A DNA stretch of 64,000 nt from a virus (taxonomy: Duplodnaviria; Caudoviricetes): positions 508-64,507 of IMG/VR virus record IMGVR_UViG_3300032254_000004. One strand, given 5' to 3'. Positions 40,350 to 49,872 of the stretch are shown here, piece after piece. The stretch's first letter is position 1, and each line of letters begins with the position of its first letter. The translations under genes and the position numbers were made by a program. The notes below the pieces were generated by a model. That model had not been told where the DNA came from. It was given only the letters and a program-made list of their open reading frames with translations, and searched no databases.

Positions 40350-41209
40350 GCAGAGACTCCATCATTTCCTGCATTAAGCGAAGGAAGGAATGCCAAATAT
40401 TTTTCAACTACTGCTCCATCGTAATTAGGCGTTGTTGGAAGGTCCATCAATCCTTCTTTTACCGCACGTAGAATTAGAGGATCTGGAACATTTGCCTCTT
40501 CAAAACCCTTAGCTCTTAAGAGCGTAGCATGGTCATGTCCAAGAGGAGGATATTGTCCATCATATGCTGTGTGGGACCAAGCTAATGCGTCAAAGCAACC
40601 TTTTATTTGTAAGGCAAAGGTAACACTTCCAGCTTTGGTAGTATTCATTAAGGGAGTATGAATCTTTAAGCTTCCTAAAGCGCCATCTTCACCTGTAAAG
40701 GTACCAAGATTACATGCTCGTTGAAGAGCATCAATAAATATTTGTCGGCAATCAGGATAACCACCAAAATCTTCTTCACAGACACCAGTAACTAAGTTCT
40801 GGCATCCTAGTACATAAGCTCTGTTAGCTGCAATGGTAAGAAATAATTGATTACGCATTGGAACAAAAGTCTTCTCAAGCCCACCTGGGAGAGAAGCATG
40901 ATCTTCATATTGTTCCAATTCATTATCGGAAACTAATGGAGACGTTCCTTTAAGAATCTTAGCACTTGTTAGTATTCCAGAATGATCTGATTCTTGGGCT
41001 TCTAACGTGATAATTTCATGACTAGCGACACCCGCCATTTCAGCTACTTTACGGGCTGAATTTAATTCAATAGCATGACGTTGACCATAGTTAAATGTAA
41101 TAGCATGGACTTCATCAAAGTCGTATTTTGCCAAAAATAGACAAGTAGTTGAATCTTGGCCTCCAGAAAGAACTACTAATGCTTTAGTTGGTTCCATGAT
41201 CGTCTCCAT
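40346..41209 (-). CDS. queC: 7-cyano-7-deazaguanine synthase
   Basis: LSGGQDSTTCL, FNYGQRH, TFVPMRN, GYPDCR. Confidence 0.97.
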   Translation of the reverse strand: METIMEPTKALVVLSGGQDSTTCLFLAKYDFDEVHAITFNYGQRHAIELNSARKVAEMAGVASHEIITLEAQESDHSGILTSAKILKGTSPLVSDNELEQYEDHASLPGGLEKTFVPMRNQLFLTIAANRAYVLGCQNLVTGVCEEDFGGYPDCRQIFIDALQRACNLGTFTGEDGALGSLKIHTPLMNTTKAGSVTFALQIKGCFDALAWSHTAYDGQYPPLGHDHATLLRAKGFEEANVPDPLILRAVKEGLMDLPTTPNYDGAVVEKYLAFLPSLNAGNDGVSA

Positions 41210-41528
41210 TTCGAAATTGTGTTAATGATACGACATTGCTTTCATTAGCATTGCCTTGTGAACTTGAAATTAATTCTTCCGAATCATTCCAATTGCCATG
41301 AGCTACAAACCTATTTAATTCTTCAAGATCGATCCGGTGAATATTACCAACTCTTCTAGATCGTAATTTGTTGGTTTCCACAAGCTTCAACGCTGTAGGA
41401 TATGATACCGAAGCTTCAGGATGTTCTTTCTTTAACCACTTAACTGCTTTAGAAAGTGAAAGAGATCCTACAGAATGCAGCTCATGGTCAAGTGACGCAT
41501 ATTTGCCTGCCACCTGACCATTCACCAC
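41184..41528 (-). CDS. excisionase-like HTH DNA-binding protein
   Basis: VSYPTALKLV...KLRSRRVG..HRI..EEL. Confidence 0.7.
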   Translation of the reverse strand: MVNGQVAGKYASLDHELHSVGSLSLSKAVKWLKKEHPEASVSYPTALKLVETNKLRSRRVGNIHRIDLEELNRFVAHGNWNDSEELISSSQGNANESNVVSLTQFRNGDDHGTN

Positions 41529-41534
41529 AGTTAC

Positions 41535-42014
41535 TTAAACTTCAAAGCCGTCGCCTTCAGCAGTATCACCGCTGAGAGGCTTCAGTACTTTGATAGCATT
41601 GCGATCTTCATTATCCTGACCCTTTTCAACTGCAACCTTTGCAAGAGCAGTTTTACCTGCAAGATAACCTTCATCAGCAATTTTCTTAATGTCGAAAGGA
41701 CCTTCCAACAACTCAGGTGCAAGAGCAGCCAGATTAGTCTTGGTCATGCCCTTAGCTTTTTCACTGAACGAGAAGTAGGAGAACAGTTTACGATTTTCGT
41801 ACTCACCTTCAGTGATCGTGAAAGTCATTGCCCACATTGGCTGACTGGATGCTTTAGAGATTTGATACTCTGCACTGTCAACAACTACGGGATACATACC
41901 CTTAGGAATGGCATCAAAGGACATCGCTTCGACGTCGGAAAGATCCATCATCAAAGAACCTTCTTCATTTTCACCATCCAAAAAAGTATCTACTGCTTCA
42001 TCAGACATATTCAT
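41535..42014 (-). CDS. single-stranded DNA-binding protein (DUF669-like)
   Basis: FDAIPKGMY, GEYENRKLF, acidic tail ending FEV. Confidence 0.8.
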   Translation of the reverse strand: MNMSDEAVDTFLDGENEEGSLMMDLSDVEAMSFDAIPKGMYPVVVDSAEYQISKASSQPMWAMTFTITEGEYENRKLFSYFSFSEKAKGMTKTNLAALAPELLEGPFDIKKIADEGYLAGKTALAKVAVEKGQDNEDRNAIKVLKPLSGDTAEGDGFEV

Positions 42015-42048
42015 CTTCCTCTATTATGCACATTATTGTGCGTTTACA

Positions 42049-42927
42049 CTACTCTGAAATTAGCTTCAGAGCAGACATGATTTGACCCATTGTTGGATCA
42101 TCAAAGTGCGCACCTTTGAAGATGGCACGTCGATTCTTAGCTGCAAAATTACCTACAGGCTGGACATAAAGTCTCCGAGGAGCTTGTTCATTTCCTTCAG
42201 CAATTTTACCAGACATCAAATAACCTACAACATCCATAAACCCTTGAACTTGTAAAGAGAGTTTACCTGTGATGTTGGGTGCAAATGCTTTTCGTTTTAG
42301 TTCATCCTGTGTATATGCAGAAGAACAAATCAAAATAACATTCATTGGCAGATCACGATATGCTCGAATGAGCAACTGCATCATCTGATTGTTCTTTCGG
42401 AATTCACCCCATTCAGCGACATCCATTGTCTCAGGATCTAATTCCATTCCTGTTGAAAGCCCGAGTAATTGGTACATACAAAATTCATTAATTTCGGTTA
42501 AGGAATCGATGATGATTGTACGATATTGTTTTGGCTCAGTGATTTCAACTCCTGGTTTAACCATGCGTTCCAATTCAAGAAGCTTTTCAGTATTGCCAAG
42601 ATCACGATGATGACAATGTGCTTTAAGGAATTGTTGTACTTTAGCCACTGATTTAAAATCTGTAACCCGAATACGATCGATAAGACCTGAATTCTCAATA
42701 CGCGGATTTTCATCATATGCCATCTCACCACTTTCAGCATCAATAAGCAAGACATCACGCATTTGAGAGACATCAACTGAAGTACCTGCTAGAGTAGATT
42801 TGCCAGTACCATAATCACCATATACCATAATCTTGATATAGCGTTCTGTCTGGATAGGTTGTGAAGTGATGGTAAAGGCAGTCTTCGGGATTTCAACAGA
42901 GCCTTCAGCTTTAGTTGGATCAGCCAT
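42049..42927 (-). CDS. Sak4-like AAA NTPase/annealase
   Basis: YGDYGTGKST, IDAESG, IIDSLTE, AKNR. Confidence 0.85.
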   Translation of the reverse strand: MADPTKAEGSVEIPKTAFTITSQPIQTERYIKIMVYGDYGTGKSTLAGTSVDVSQMRDVLLIDAESGEMAYDENPRIENSGLIDRIRVTDFKSVAKVQQFLKAHCHHRDLGNTEKLLELERMVKPGVEITEPKQYRTIIIDSLTEINEFCMYQLLGLSTGMELDPETMDVAEWGEFRKNNQMMQLLIRAYRDLPMNVILICSSAYTQDELKRKAFAPNITGKLSLQVQGFMDVVGYLMSGKIAEGNEQAPRRLYVQPVGNFAAKNRRAIFKGAHFDDPTMGQIMSALKLISE

Positions 42928-42937
42928 CTTAGTTCCT

Positions 42938-44116
42938 TTAAATGTCGAATTGATTTACTTCAGGGGTTTTAGGGAGATATGCTTCTGGAGGCTTCAGATA
43001 CTTTCTCCATGAATCATAGTCAAGATCTCTCTTTTTAAATTCATCGTTGATAATACCTTCCCAATCTGAACCATCATCCATACTTACGCATGCACCATTG
43101 AAAGCACACATATGGGCACAATCTCTTGTAGGATTAGGATATAATGGAAGATTTGGATTCAGCATATCTTCACATTCTAGAAGGATCTTCTTACCTTCAG
43201 CTTCTTGCATACGAGCTGAACGATTCACATAATCATAACGGATAAATTTATCTTGTCTTTCATCTTCAAGCTTTGCAAGGTTATTAAGATACTCTACATT
43301 CTCAACAGGCGACTTTTCAATAGAACCATAAAGATCAATTAAACCTTCTTTATATGTAATATGGGTTACTGATTGATTTTGTGCTATTGACATCTTTCCT
43401 GATTTCAAAATACGAGGACTACCTATTTCTCTTTTCAAGTGCTGTGCATAGATCATTCCTTGAACAGGCATGTCATACATATAAGCACCAGCCCAACAAT
43501 AGGTAGTAATTTGAGGATCTGTCTGAAAGTGCAACTGTGCAAATTGTTTAGCTGTCTTATAATCTAAGAGCCATAAAACTCCTAAAGCATGATCAATAAC
43601 TACCCTATCAATAGTTCCTGAATAGATTACTCTATCATAACCAGATCTTGCTAAGAGTTCAGGGGAGACTGGAATTGGGATACGGAAATTAACTTCTACT
43701 TGCGGAACACCATTATGTACATAAGTAGGTAAAAGAGAATGTTTTCTTCGTTCAGCCCACTTGACATAATAGTCAATCATGGTATAACCCATTTCCAAAA
43801 GATCTTTCCAATCATCTGGAAGCTGGTCTGAATTCTGCTTCTTGGTCGCCTCAGCATAAGCTAACAAGGCATGTTTAGGATCTTTATAAATACGATGTCC
43901 GTGGTAGTCTTCCATTACATAATGAAAAGCTGTACCAAACCATAATGGAGCTGCATTTTGTTTTGGGCCGATGTTTTGTCTTAGATGAGAATTCCAACCC
44001 CATTTACGTCGACATTGTTTAAAGAGGACTCGGTCTGATGTTCTAATAACTGCAACCCTTTCCCCCTTTTCCTGTTCTTCGTGTAGAACTAATCCTAGAG
44101 CTTCATCAGTCATCAA
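42938..44116 (-). CDS. PD-(D/E)XK (Cas4/RecB-like) exonuclease
   Basis: CRRKW, GTAFH, GTIDRV, LDYKT, C..MC.F...C. Confidence 0.85.
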   Translation of the reverse strand: MMTDEALGLVLHEEQEKGERVAVIRTSDRVLFKQCRRKWGWNSHLRQNIGPKQNAAPLWFGTAFHYVMEDYHGHRIYKDPKHALLAYAEATKKQNSDQLPDDWKDLLEMGYTMIDYYVKWAERRKHSLLPTYVHNGVPQVEVNFRIPIPVSPELLARSGYDRVIYSGTIDRVVIDHALGVLWLLDYKTAKQFAQLHFQTDPQITTYCWAGAYMYDMPVQGMIYAQHLKREIGSPRILKSGKMSIAQNQSVTHITYKEGLIDLYGSIEKSPVENVEYLNNLAKLEDERQDKFIRYDYVNRSARMQEAEGKKILLECEDMLNPNLPLYPNPTRDCAHMCAFNGACVSMDDGSDWEGIINDEFKKRDLDYDSWRKYLKPPEAYLPKTPEVNQFDI

Positions 44117-44327
44117 TGAATCCTTCTCTTAAAGCTATTGTATGGTTGATTTCTAATTCAAAGACATCAGCAAAGATGTCGATCTCATTTCGATCCTTAA
44201 TATGTTCAAAAGCGATCCATGCTTCCTCTTGTGCGCCGAATGTATCAGTATATTCAACTTGGAGAGAAGTATGGCTCATCGATAAATAACGGACTTCAAC
44301 AGTCACGTACTTATCTTGATCTGTCAT
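44106..44327 (-). CDS. hypothetical protein
   Basis: 73-aa ORF downstream of promoter. Confidence 0.6.
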   Translation of the reverse strand: MTDQDKYVTVEVRYLSMSHTSLQVEYTDTFGAQEEAWIAFEHIKDRNEIDIFADVFELEINHTIALREGFIDD

Positions 44328-44359
44328 GAGAGCCCCCAGCGGTTTGAAACTAGAAAATT

Positions 44360-44388
44360 ATATTAAATTCAATAAAGTGGCTTTTCAA
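44360..44388 (-). promoter_or_regulatory. promoter of replication/modification operon
   Basis: TTGAAA-N17-TAATAT. Confidence 0.6.
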
Positions 44389-44417
44389 GGGGAATCTTAT
44401 GGTCAGCATCTAACTTT

Positions 44418-44684
44418 TTATTTCCTCTTTTGACGTAAACCTAAGAGTTGTTCAGATAATCCAAAAGAATCGGTAATTTCTTGATCAAGTTCTTCAATTG
44501 GATTATAGATTTCATCACCAGGTTTCCAATGACACGTATTACATTCTATTTCATTATCCACACATCTACCACATGGAGGCATAATATGACAAGAACAATT
44601 CTCAACTGGCGGGAAATACATTTTTCCCTCACAACTTATATTAGGACAATAATCATCCTCTTGAATTTCGGTCATTTGATTCAT
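44418..44684 (-). CDS. Cys-rich hypothetical protein
   Basis: several CxxC motifs. Confidence 0.55.
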   Translation of the reverse strand: MNQMTEIQEDDYCPNISCEGKMYFPPVENCSCHIMPPCGRCVDNEIECNTCHWKPGDEIYNPIEELDQEITDSFGLSEQLLGLRQKRK

Positions 44685-44850
44685 CCTTACAAATTGCTTG
44701 ATAGAATCTTATAGATCCGTGTTCTTGCATTATAGAAGAAATACCTCCACAGGTAATATACCCTTCATTAAGATAATAGTTTACCTTTTCAGCAAGTCTT
44801 GGTAAGTCTACATCACTAATAACTTTGTAATTAAATTTTATTTCAGACAT
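44653..44850 (-). CDS. small hypothetical protein (DUF1737-like)
   Basis: YKVI...L...VN.YL.EG....GG...FYQA pattern. Confidence 0.55.
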   Translation of the reverse strand: MSEIKFNYKVISDVDLPRLAEKVNYYLNEGYITCGGISSIMQEHGSIRFYQAICKDESNDRNSRG

Positions 44851-44852
44851 TA

Positions 44853-45155
44853 TTAATCAAGTCCTAAAATTTCAATTAAGTCCGATTCTTCAAGATCATA
44901 TTTGACTAATATGTTATTAAAGTCTTTTTCAATGTTTTTAAGACGCTGCTCTGCTGCTTCTTTAATTGCATCTCTCCTAGCCCATTCAGGATCATCAGAG
45001 CAACAATGCTTATGTGTATTAAAGTATGCTTCGGCAGTTTCATAAAAACGGTACTCGCCTTCATAAATAGCCTTCCCACAAACAGTACATAACATAATGC
45101 CAGTTTTTATAAAACGAGCATCTACATATTGATAATCGCGCGTTTCAGACGACAT
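44853..45155 (-). CDS. hypothetical protein
   Basis: 100-aa ORF, CxxC. Confidence 0.6.
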   Translation of the reverse strand: MSSETRDYQYVDARFIKTGIMLCTVCGKAIYEGEYRFYETAEAYFNTHKHCCSDDPEWARRDAIKEAAEQRLKNIEKDFNNILVKYDLEESDLIEILGLD

Positions 45156-46569
45156 GGAGGAATTCCTTGATTGAAGCAGAGGATTTAAAGGTTTTGTTTA
45201 AGTTGTCCGTACGGTGTCTTAATACATGTATGCGTTCTAGATCTAACGAATTACGATATAGCCAGTATTTGTGTACAATTGTTTGGGACAGATCAGAGTC
45301 TGCTCTTGCTAGTCTGGCTTCTGCTTGTTTAATGGGCGTACGATTCCAATGTACCCCGACAAAATGAGATCTAATTGCAGTCCCTAAATGAAAAGATTCA
45401 GCAAAGTCAATAGTACCTAATGCAACACTCTTTTGACCTTTCAAAGCTCTGAATGCTTTCGACATTCTTTGAACTTCTTGACCATCTGTCCCTCCTACAA
45501 ACATAAAGGTTTTATATCCTCTATCTTGTAATTCCTTTTCAAAGTAAGGTAAGGATGCTCTAAAAGGAGAGAATATAACTGTATGTTGTTCTTGGGGGTC
45601 GTTCTCGTTATCTTTTAGGTGTTCTAAAATGCCTTCAAAAGCAGACCCTAGGCCCAGGGACTCATCAAGGATTTTCGGGCAATTTAGTAGTTGTCGATGT
45701 TGTTGAAAGGTTGATAATGACACTTGCGAAATTAACAAATTGCCATTTTCAAGCTCAGCATACATATTAGCGCTTAGATCATTATAGATTTTTTCCTGCT
45801 GCTTATTCATTTCAATCCAAATAGGCTTACCAACTGATTTTGGAACACTACCATCGATCTCGTGGAAACGATAGACATATTCTTTAATCATCCAGTTAAA
45901 GCCTTCGATGTTTTTAGGCCCAATAATTTCCTTACCAAATGCCCCATCAAAGCTAACGCAGTAAGTTTCTACAAATTTCCAGTATGACCTAAAGAGCTTA
46001 CGGTCTAGAAGATGTAGATGTCTCCAACCTTGAGCAGGATGTTTTTCAAACCAAGTACCTGTGAGCATAATCTTAATGGGAATGTTTCTCAGGATCTTTT
46101 CTAGTGCTTTAAAGGTTTTTGTTTTGTGCCCTGGAAGCTTATGGCATTCGTCTATGATATATGCATCAAAGCCGACTTTTAACACTTCAGCTGCATCTCG
46201 AACTATCGTCTCTTTCGTAGCTAGGTAATATACCTTATTTTTTAAGAGCCATCTGGCTTTTCTTTTTTGAACAGTAAGACCTTGTGCTCTGATTATATTG
46301 AAATGTGCAGGATTAGCAAACTCAGGGAACCATTCATCTATTTCATCGAGCCAGGTTCCTAGGGAATTGCGCGAACATATAATAAGTACTTTCTCAGGTT
46401 TTAAACAGAATAAGGTGGTTAGTGCTGCTACTGTTTTACCAGTACCCATATACATGTCGAATAGAATCTTTTTTGTGCGTACTCCTTGAGCCACCCCTTT
46501 AATTTGATAATGTCTAAGAAGTGCCTTAACGCGAGGTAATGCTTCCCCAAGTTTACTATAATCCAACAC
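45145..46569 (-). CDS. SNF2-family helicase
   Basis: MGTGKT, IIDECH, LTGT, QAEARLAR. Confidence 0.9.
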   Translation of the reverse strand: MLDYSKLGEALPRVKALLRHYQIKGVAQGVRTKKILFDMYMGTGKTVAALTTLFCLKPEKVLIICSRNSLGTWLDEIDEWFPEFANPAHFNIIRAQGLTVQKRKARWLLKNKVYYLATKETIVRDAAEVLKVGFDAYIIDECHKLPGHKTKTFKALEKILRNIPIKIMLTGTWFEKHPAQGWRHLHLLDRKLFRSYWKFVETYCVSFDGAFGKEIIGPKNIEGFNWMIKEYVYRFHEIDGSVPKSVGKPIWIEMNKQQEKIYNDLSANMYAELENGNLLISQVSLSTFQQHRQLLNCPKILDESLGLGSAFEGILEHLKDNENDPQEQHTVIFSPFRASLPYFEKELQDRGYKTFMFVGGTDGQEVQRMSKAFRALKGQKSVALGTIDFAESFHLGTAIRSHFVGVHWNRTPIKQAEARLARADSDLSQTIVHKYWLYRNSLDLERIHVLRHRTDNLNKTFKSSASIKEFLHVV

Positions 46570-46570
46570 T

Positions 46571-46810
46571 TTATTTACCTTTGATCATAACTGGGTGAGA
46601 GTGTTTATGATGAGGTTCTAATACTACAAGCATCCAATCTTTTCCAAGTTGCCGAATTCCTGGTTTTTCATAAGAGGTTATAACAGCTTCAAAAAGATCA
46701 GAATGTTCGTACTTACCTTCCATACTAATAGTTACAGTCTCATACCATTTACCAGAAGGTTTAAAGATATCTGCTCTCACATCAGATTCTTTCGCACTAA
46801 AGTTTGTCAT
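46571..46810 (-). CDS. hypothetical protein
   Basis: 79-aa ORF in packed operon. Confidence 0.65.
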   Translation of the reverse strand: MTNFSAKESDVRADIFKPSGKWYETVTISMEGKYEHSDLFEAVITSYEKPGIRQLGKDWMLVVLEPHHKHSHPVMIKGK

Positions 46811-47049
46811 TTTTTAATCCTTCGGAATTCTCGGTTAGCAATGTATGCAACTACTAAACAAGTTAAAAGTACTAGCCTGGAGAACATATTCCACTGAGGC
46901 CAGAAAGCATCCCAATAAGCATAAAAAGCAAATGCCCAACACATTAATAGTAGGACTAATGCCGTGATAATGATCTGAGGGATATCCCTCAAACCAAAAG
47001 GCTTTAGTGATTTATTATTCTGATTCGGTTGATTTAGGGACATTGTCAT
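46807..47049 (-). CDS. two-TM membrane protein
   Basis: two hydrophobic segments. Confidence 0.6.
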   Translation of the reverse strand: MTMSLNQPNQNNKSLKPFGLRDIPQIIITALVLLLMCWAFAFYAYWDAFWPQWNMFSRLVLLTCLVVAYIANREFRRIKK

Positions 47050-47398
47050 TTGGAAGAATTTTCTGTTGTTTCAAGAGATCACGTTTTTCTGCATCAGTTA
47101 AGAGCTTACTATTCAGTAACTGATTTAAGACTTTGGGATCAATATAAGGTACTTGCGTAGGAACATAATCAGTAGGGATATTAAATGTAACTACTAAATT
47201 AATACCTTGCCATATACGATCACGATCTGAATTATATCCTAACGCATTAGTAAAAATCTTATAACGTTCGGACTGTCTAATTTTAGCTTCTATTTCCTGT
47301 TTGGTATCATAGAATTTTTTAGACAGTTCTTTAAAAGAATTAAATTCCTCTTCGGTTAAAAAATCCTGAGCTCTAAAGGTAACTTTAGGATAATACAT
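47015..47398 (-). CDS. hypothetical protein
   Basis: 127-aa ORF, overlapping stop/start. Confidence 0.6.
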   Translation of the reverse strand: MYYPKVTFRAQDFLTEEEFNSFKELSKKFYDTKQEIEAKIRQSERYKIFTNALGYNSDRDRIWQGINLVVTFNIPTDYVPTQVPYIDPKVLNQLLNSKLLTDAEKRDLLKQQKILPNDNVPKSTESE

Positions 47399-47595
47399 CA
47401 GCCTGTCACTCCCCGATATGCCTGTTCAAATTCATCACTTACTTCAGCCATTTCATTTTTAGCTTTAGTGGATGCATCTTGTGCCTTTTTAAGTGCATTT
47501 GATGTGCGAGTTACCTGTGCTTTAGCATTTTGAAAACGCTTCTGCAATTCACCAAGATCAATACCTGAGTTAGATTTAGTTTTACGAGTTGCCAT
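47398..47595 (-). CDS. coiled-coil hypothetical protein
   Basis: GGAGG RBS; heptad pattern. Confidence 0.65.
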   Translation of the reverse strand: MATRKTKSNSGIDLGELQKRFQNAKAQVTRTSNALKKAQDASTKAKNEMAEVSDEFEQAYRGVTG

Positions 47596-47597
47596 GA

Positions 47598-47873
47598 TTA
47601 CCTCCTATGGCCAGTTAAGCCCCAATAATTTAGGGCACTATTAAGATCATTAGAACATGCAGATGCCATTTGACATTTAGAACATTCTACTCCATATGTA
47701 TAAGATCCTATTCTTATATCGAGTTTAGGTAACCCCGGTTCAGAACGTTTTATAGAACTAGGATTCTTAAACATGATTAAATTAGGCCTAGAACTACAAC
47801 TACCGCAGTTACGTAATTCTTTTACTTTGCTTTGGAAAATGATATCAGTCATTAAATATTCCTTGTGAGACAT
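47598..47873 (-). CDS. Lar-like (restriction alleviation) zinc-finger protein
   Basis: LRNCGSC...VECSKC...SALNYW resembles CPFCG..C..C..A...WN. Confidence 0.45.
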   Translation of the reverse strand: MSHKEYLMTDIIFQSKVKELRNCGSCSSRPNLIMFKNPSSIKRSEPGLPKLDIRIGSYTYGVECSKCQMASACSNDLNSALNYWGLTGHRR

Positions 47874-48117
47874 TTAATAGTTTAGCAACTTCTGTTGAAC
47901 GAGCATTTTTACCTGCTTGGAATACTCTTTGGATTATGCGATCCATTTGCTCAGCATCTTCTTTAGCAGTGAATTTAATTACAGCATCCATATGACGCTG
48001 TCCAGGATAACTTATTTCCCATTGACAAGCTTCTTTATTATCCCAAGGACATTGAATTAATTGTCCATTTAACCGTAAATATGCTTTACGTTGTATGGGA
48101 GCTTCTATTTCAATCAT
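47845..48117 (-). CDS. hypothetical protein
   Basis: 90-aa ORF after tRNAs. Confidence 0.6.
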   Translation of the reverse strand: MIEIEAPIQRKAYLRLNGQLIQCPWDNKEACQWEISYPGQRHMDAVIKFTAKEDAEQMDRIIQRVFQAGKNARSTEVAKLLNVSQGIFND

Positions 48118-48131
48118 AACGTTATCCTTGT

Positions 48132-48205
48132 TGGTTGGTAGAGTAGGATTCGAACCTACATCTCAAGAGTCAAAGTCTTGGATCCTACCATTAGACGATC
48201 TACCA
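48132..48205 (-). tRNA. tRNA-Gln(UUG)
   Basis: TGGTAGA/TCTACCA acceptor stem, CAAGA-CT-TTG-AC-TCTTG anticodon arm, GTTCGAATC T-loop, encoded CCA. Confidence 0.95.
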
Positions 48206-48206
48206 T

Positions 48207-48291
48207 TGGTGGCCGCTACCAGACTCGAACTGGTAAGCCTTTCGGCGGCAGATTTTAAGTCTGCTGTGTCTACCTATTTCACCAAGCGGCC
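48207..48291 (-). tRNA. tRNA-Leu(UAA)
   Basis: GGCCGCT/AGCGGCC acceptor stem, GCAGA-CT-TAA-AA-TCTGC, long variable arm, encoded CCA. Confidence 0.95.
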
Positions 48292-48297
48292 TTATCC

Positions 48298-48729
48298 TCA
48301 ATCTTTCCTAAGTTCTTTTCGAATGTTCATTAAAATTTTACCTAAGTGATTTTCACCTATTCCAATAGGAGATTGACCCCAGAAAATATCACCCCAATAA
48401 TTACCTTCAATTATTGGCATATCTCCAGTATTAAGAAGAAGTTCTTTTAGGACAGGATCTTTAAATTTAGTCATATTTATTTGGTACATTAAGCCAACTT
48501 TTATTGATTCCCAATTTGATACTTTAACATAGGATCTTCCTAAACGTTTAGCCTTACTAGGTGTCTTAGCCAATCTAACCATTTCAGCTTGCCAACTGTA
48601 CATACACTTGAGTGATTGAAAAGCATGTTCATTAGTAGGGTAAATAAGCCCATTAGCTAGCTTAATGTCATGGTAATAAAAATTAGACAAAAAAGAGTAA
48701 TTACCATCAAATGATGTAATTTCTGTCAT
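48298..48729 (-). CDS. NADAR (YbiA-like) family protein
   Basis: FLSNFY, PTNEHAFQ..K, LLNTGD..IIEGN.WGD.FWG, N.LGKILM.IR. Confidence 0.92.
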   Translation of the reverse strand: MTEITSFDGNYSFLSNFYYHDIKLANGLIYPTNEHAFQSLKCMYSWQAEMVRLAKTPSKAKRLGRSYVKVSNWESIKVGLMYQINMTKFKDPVLKELLLNTGDMPIIEGNYWGDIFWGQSPIGIGENHLGKILMNIRKELRKD

Positions 48730-48730
48730 A

Positions 48731-48958
48731 TCAATTATGCTTACGGAGACGTTTAGGTAGCATGTGAGGAAACCATTTAGCCACCACAGCCAAAGTAGCG
48801 AGTGCTAATACTAGAAGAAATAGGATTACATCTACTACAACATATCCGGTTGCAAATGAGACTCCAAATCCCCCTGCTTTGATACCAATAGCTTCCGCAG
48901 GTACATCTTCGCCATAGTACAGTTCTTGCTCAGCAGTAAATTGTTCATCAGGTTTCAT
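48731..48958 (-). CDS. membrane protein
   Basis: C-terminal hydrophobic helix. Confidence 0.55.
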   Translation of the reverse strand: MKPDEQFTAEQELYYGEDVPAEAIGIKAGGFGVSFATGYVVVDVILFLLVLALATLAVVAKWFPHMLPKRLRKHN

Positions 48959-49142
48959 TTTCTTTTTCCTTTGCTATCCTAAGGTCTTCTCTTAGCCCTA
49001 AGAGTGTTTTTTGGTCACGTCGTTTACCCCCTCCTGTATAATAAAAATCATCCGACATTTCATTGATTTTCATTTGCTTAAGGTGGTCTTCGATTTGAGA
49101 TTCAATCTCTGAAATAACAAAAGAGAATGTTTGGTTATTCAT
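48948..49142 (-). CDS. hypothetical protein
   Basis: 64-aa ORF. Confidence 0.5.
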   Translation of the reverse strand: MNNQTFSFVISEIESQIEDHLKQMKINEMSDDFYYTGGGKRRDQKTLLGLREDLRIAKEKENET

Positions 49143-49148
49143 TGCTAA

Positions 49149-49868
49149 TTACCAATCTTCAGTTAGTGCATTAAGTTCAAGCATTGTTTGTTCTTGTTCT
49201 TTCATAAGAGCTCTACCTTGTTCATCTTGGGAAAGTAAATGATCAATGCGCTGACTATCTTTTAAGAGAATATTCACAATCCTTTGTTTATTATGACTAA
49301 TTCTTGCCAGATCATTCTTAAGCTTACTAATTTGTTTCATGCGTTCTTGATCAGCTATGAATGCTTGATCATCTACAACATCAATAATTCTAGTATGAGG
49401 TCCCCAATTGTAGTTAGAACGTTTACTTACCCGTTCAACCTTAACAATTGCATATTCAAAGTTAGTCCTACGATCAGGTACAATAACATAATCACCTACA
49501 TTAATTCCAGGATGACTATTAGAGTAAGTATAACAAGTAGGGTTTCCATTAAACTTTACTGTCACATAAGGCCAAATAATATCTTCTTTACGTTTATAAA
49601 GATCAGAAGATACTTCATGAGTAACATCATCAACAAAAGATAGTGCTGCCGTAGTTCCTTCAAAAGGATGTTTATGAAGAGATTGTCTTACTGAAGCTCT
49701 TTGGAAGCGGGAAGCAAGATAAGGGATGCCTGGATTTTCAGTGGTTGTAATTTTATTAGCCACAACCTCACTTACTATATATTTTTTACCTTGCCTAAGA
49801 GTAATGCAATTAGTAGCATCTACGCATATTACTTGTTCATCAGGTCTAAATTTACGAGTTCTACCCAT
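49149..49868 (-). CDS. hypothetical protein
   Basis: GGAG RBS before ATG 49868. Confidence 0.65.
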   Translation of the reverse strand: MGRTRKFRPDEQVICVDATNCITLRQGKKYIVSEVVANKITTTENPGIPYLASRFQRASVRQSLHKHPFEGTTAALSFVDDVTHEVSSDLYKRKEDIIWPYVTVKFNGNPTCYTYSNSHPGINVGDYVIVPDRRTNFEYAIVKVERVSKRSNYNWGPHTRIIDVVDDQAFIADQERMKQISKLKNDLARISHNKQRIVNILLKDSQRIDHLLSQDEQGRALMKEQEQTMLELNALTEDW

Positions 49869-49872
49869 CGGA

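Noticed and set aside
41184-41528. Excisionase implying lysogeny
   Set aside because: No integrase, repressor cassette or att site recognised
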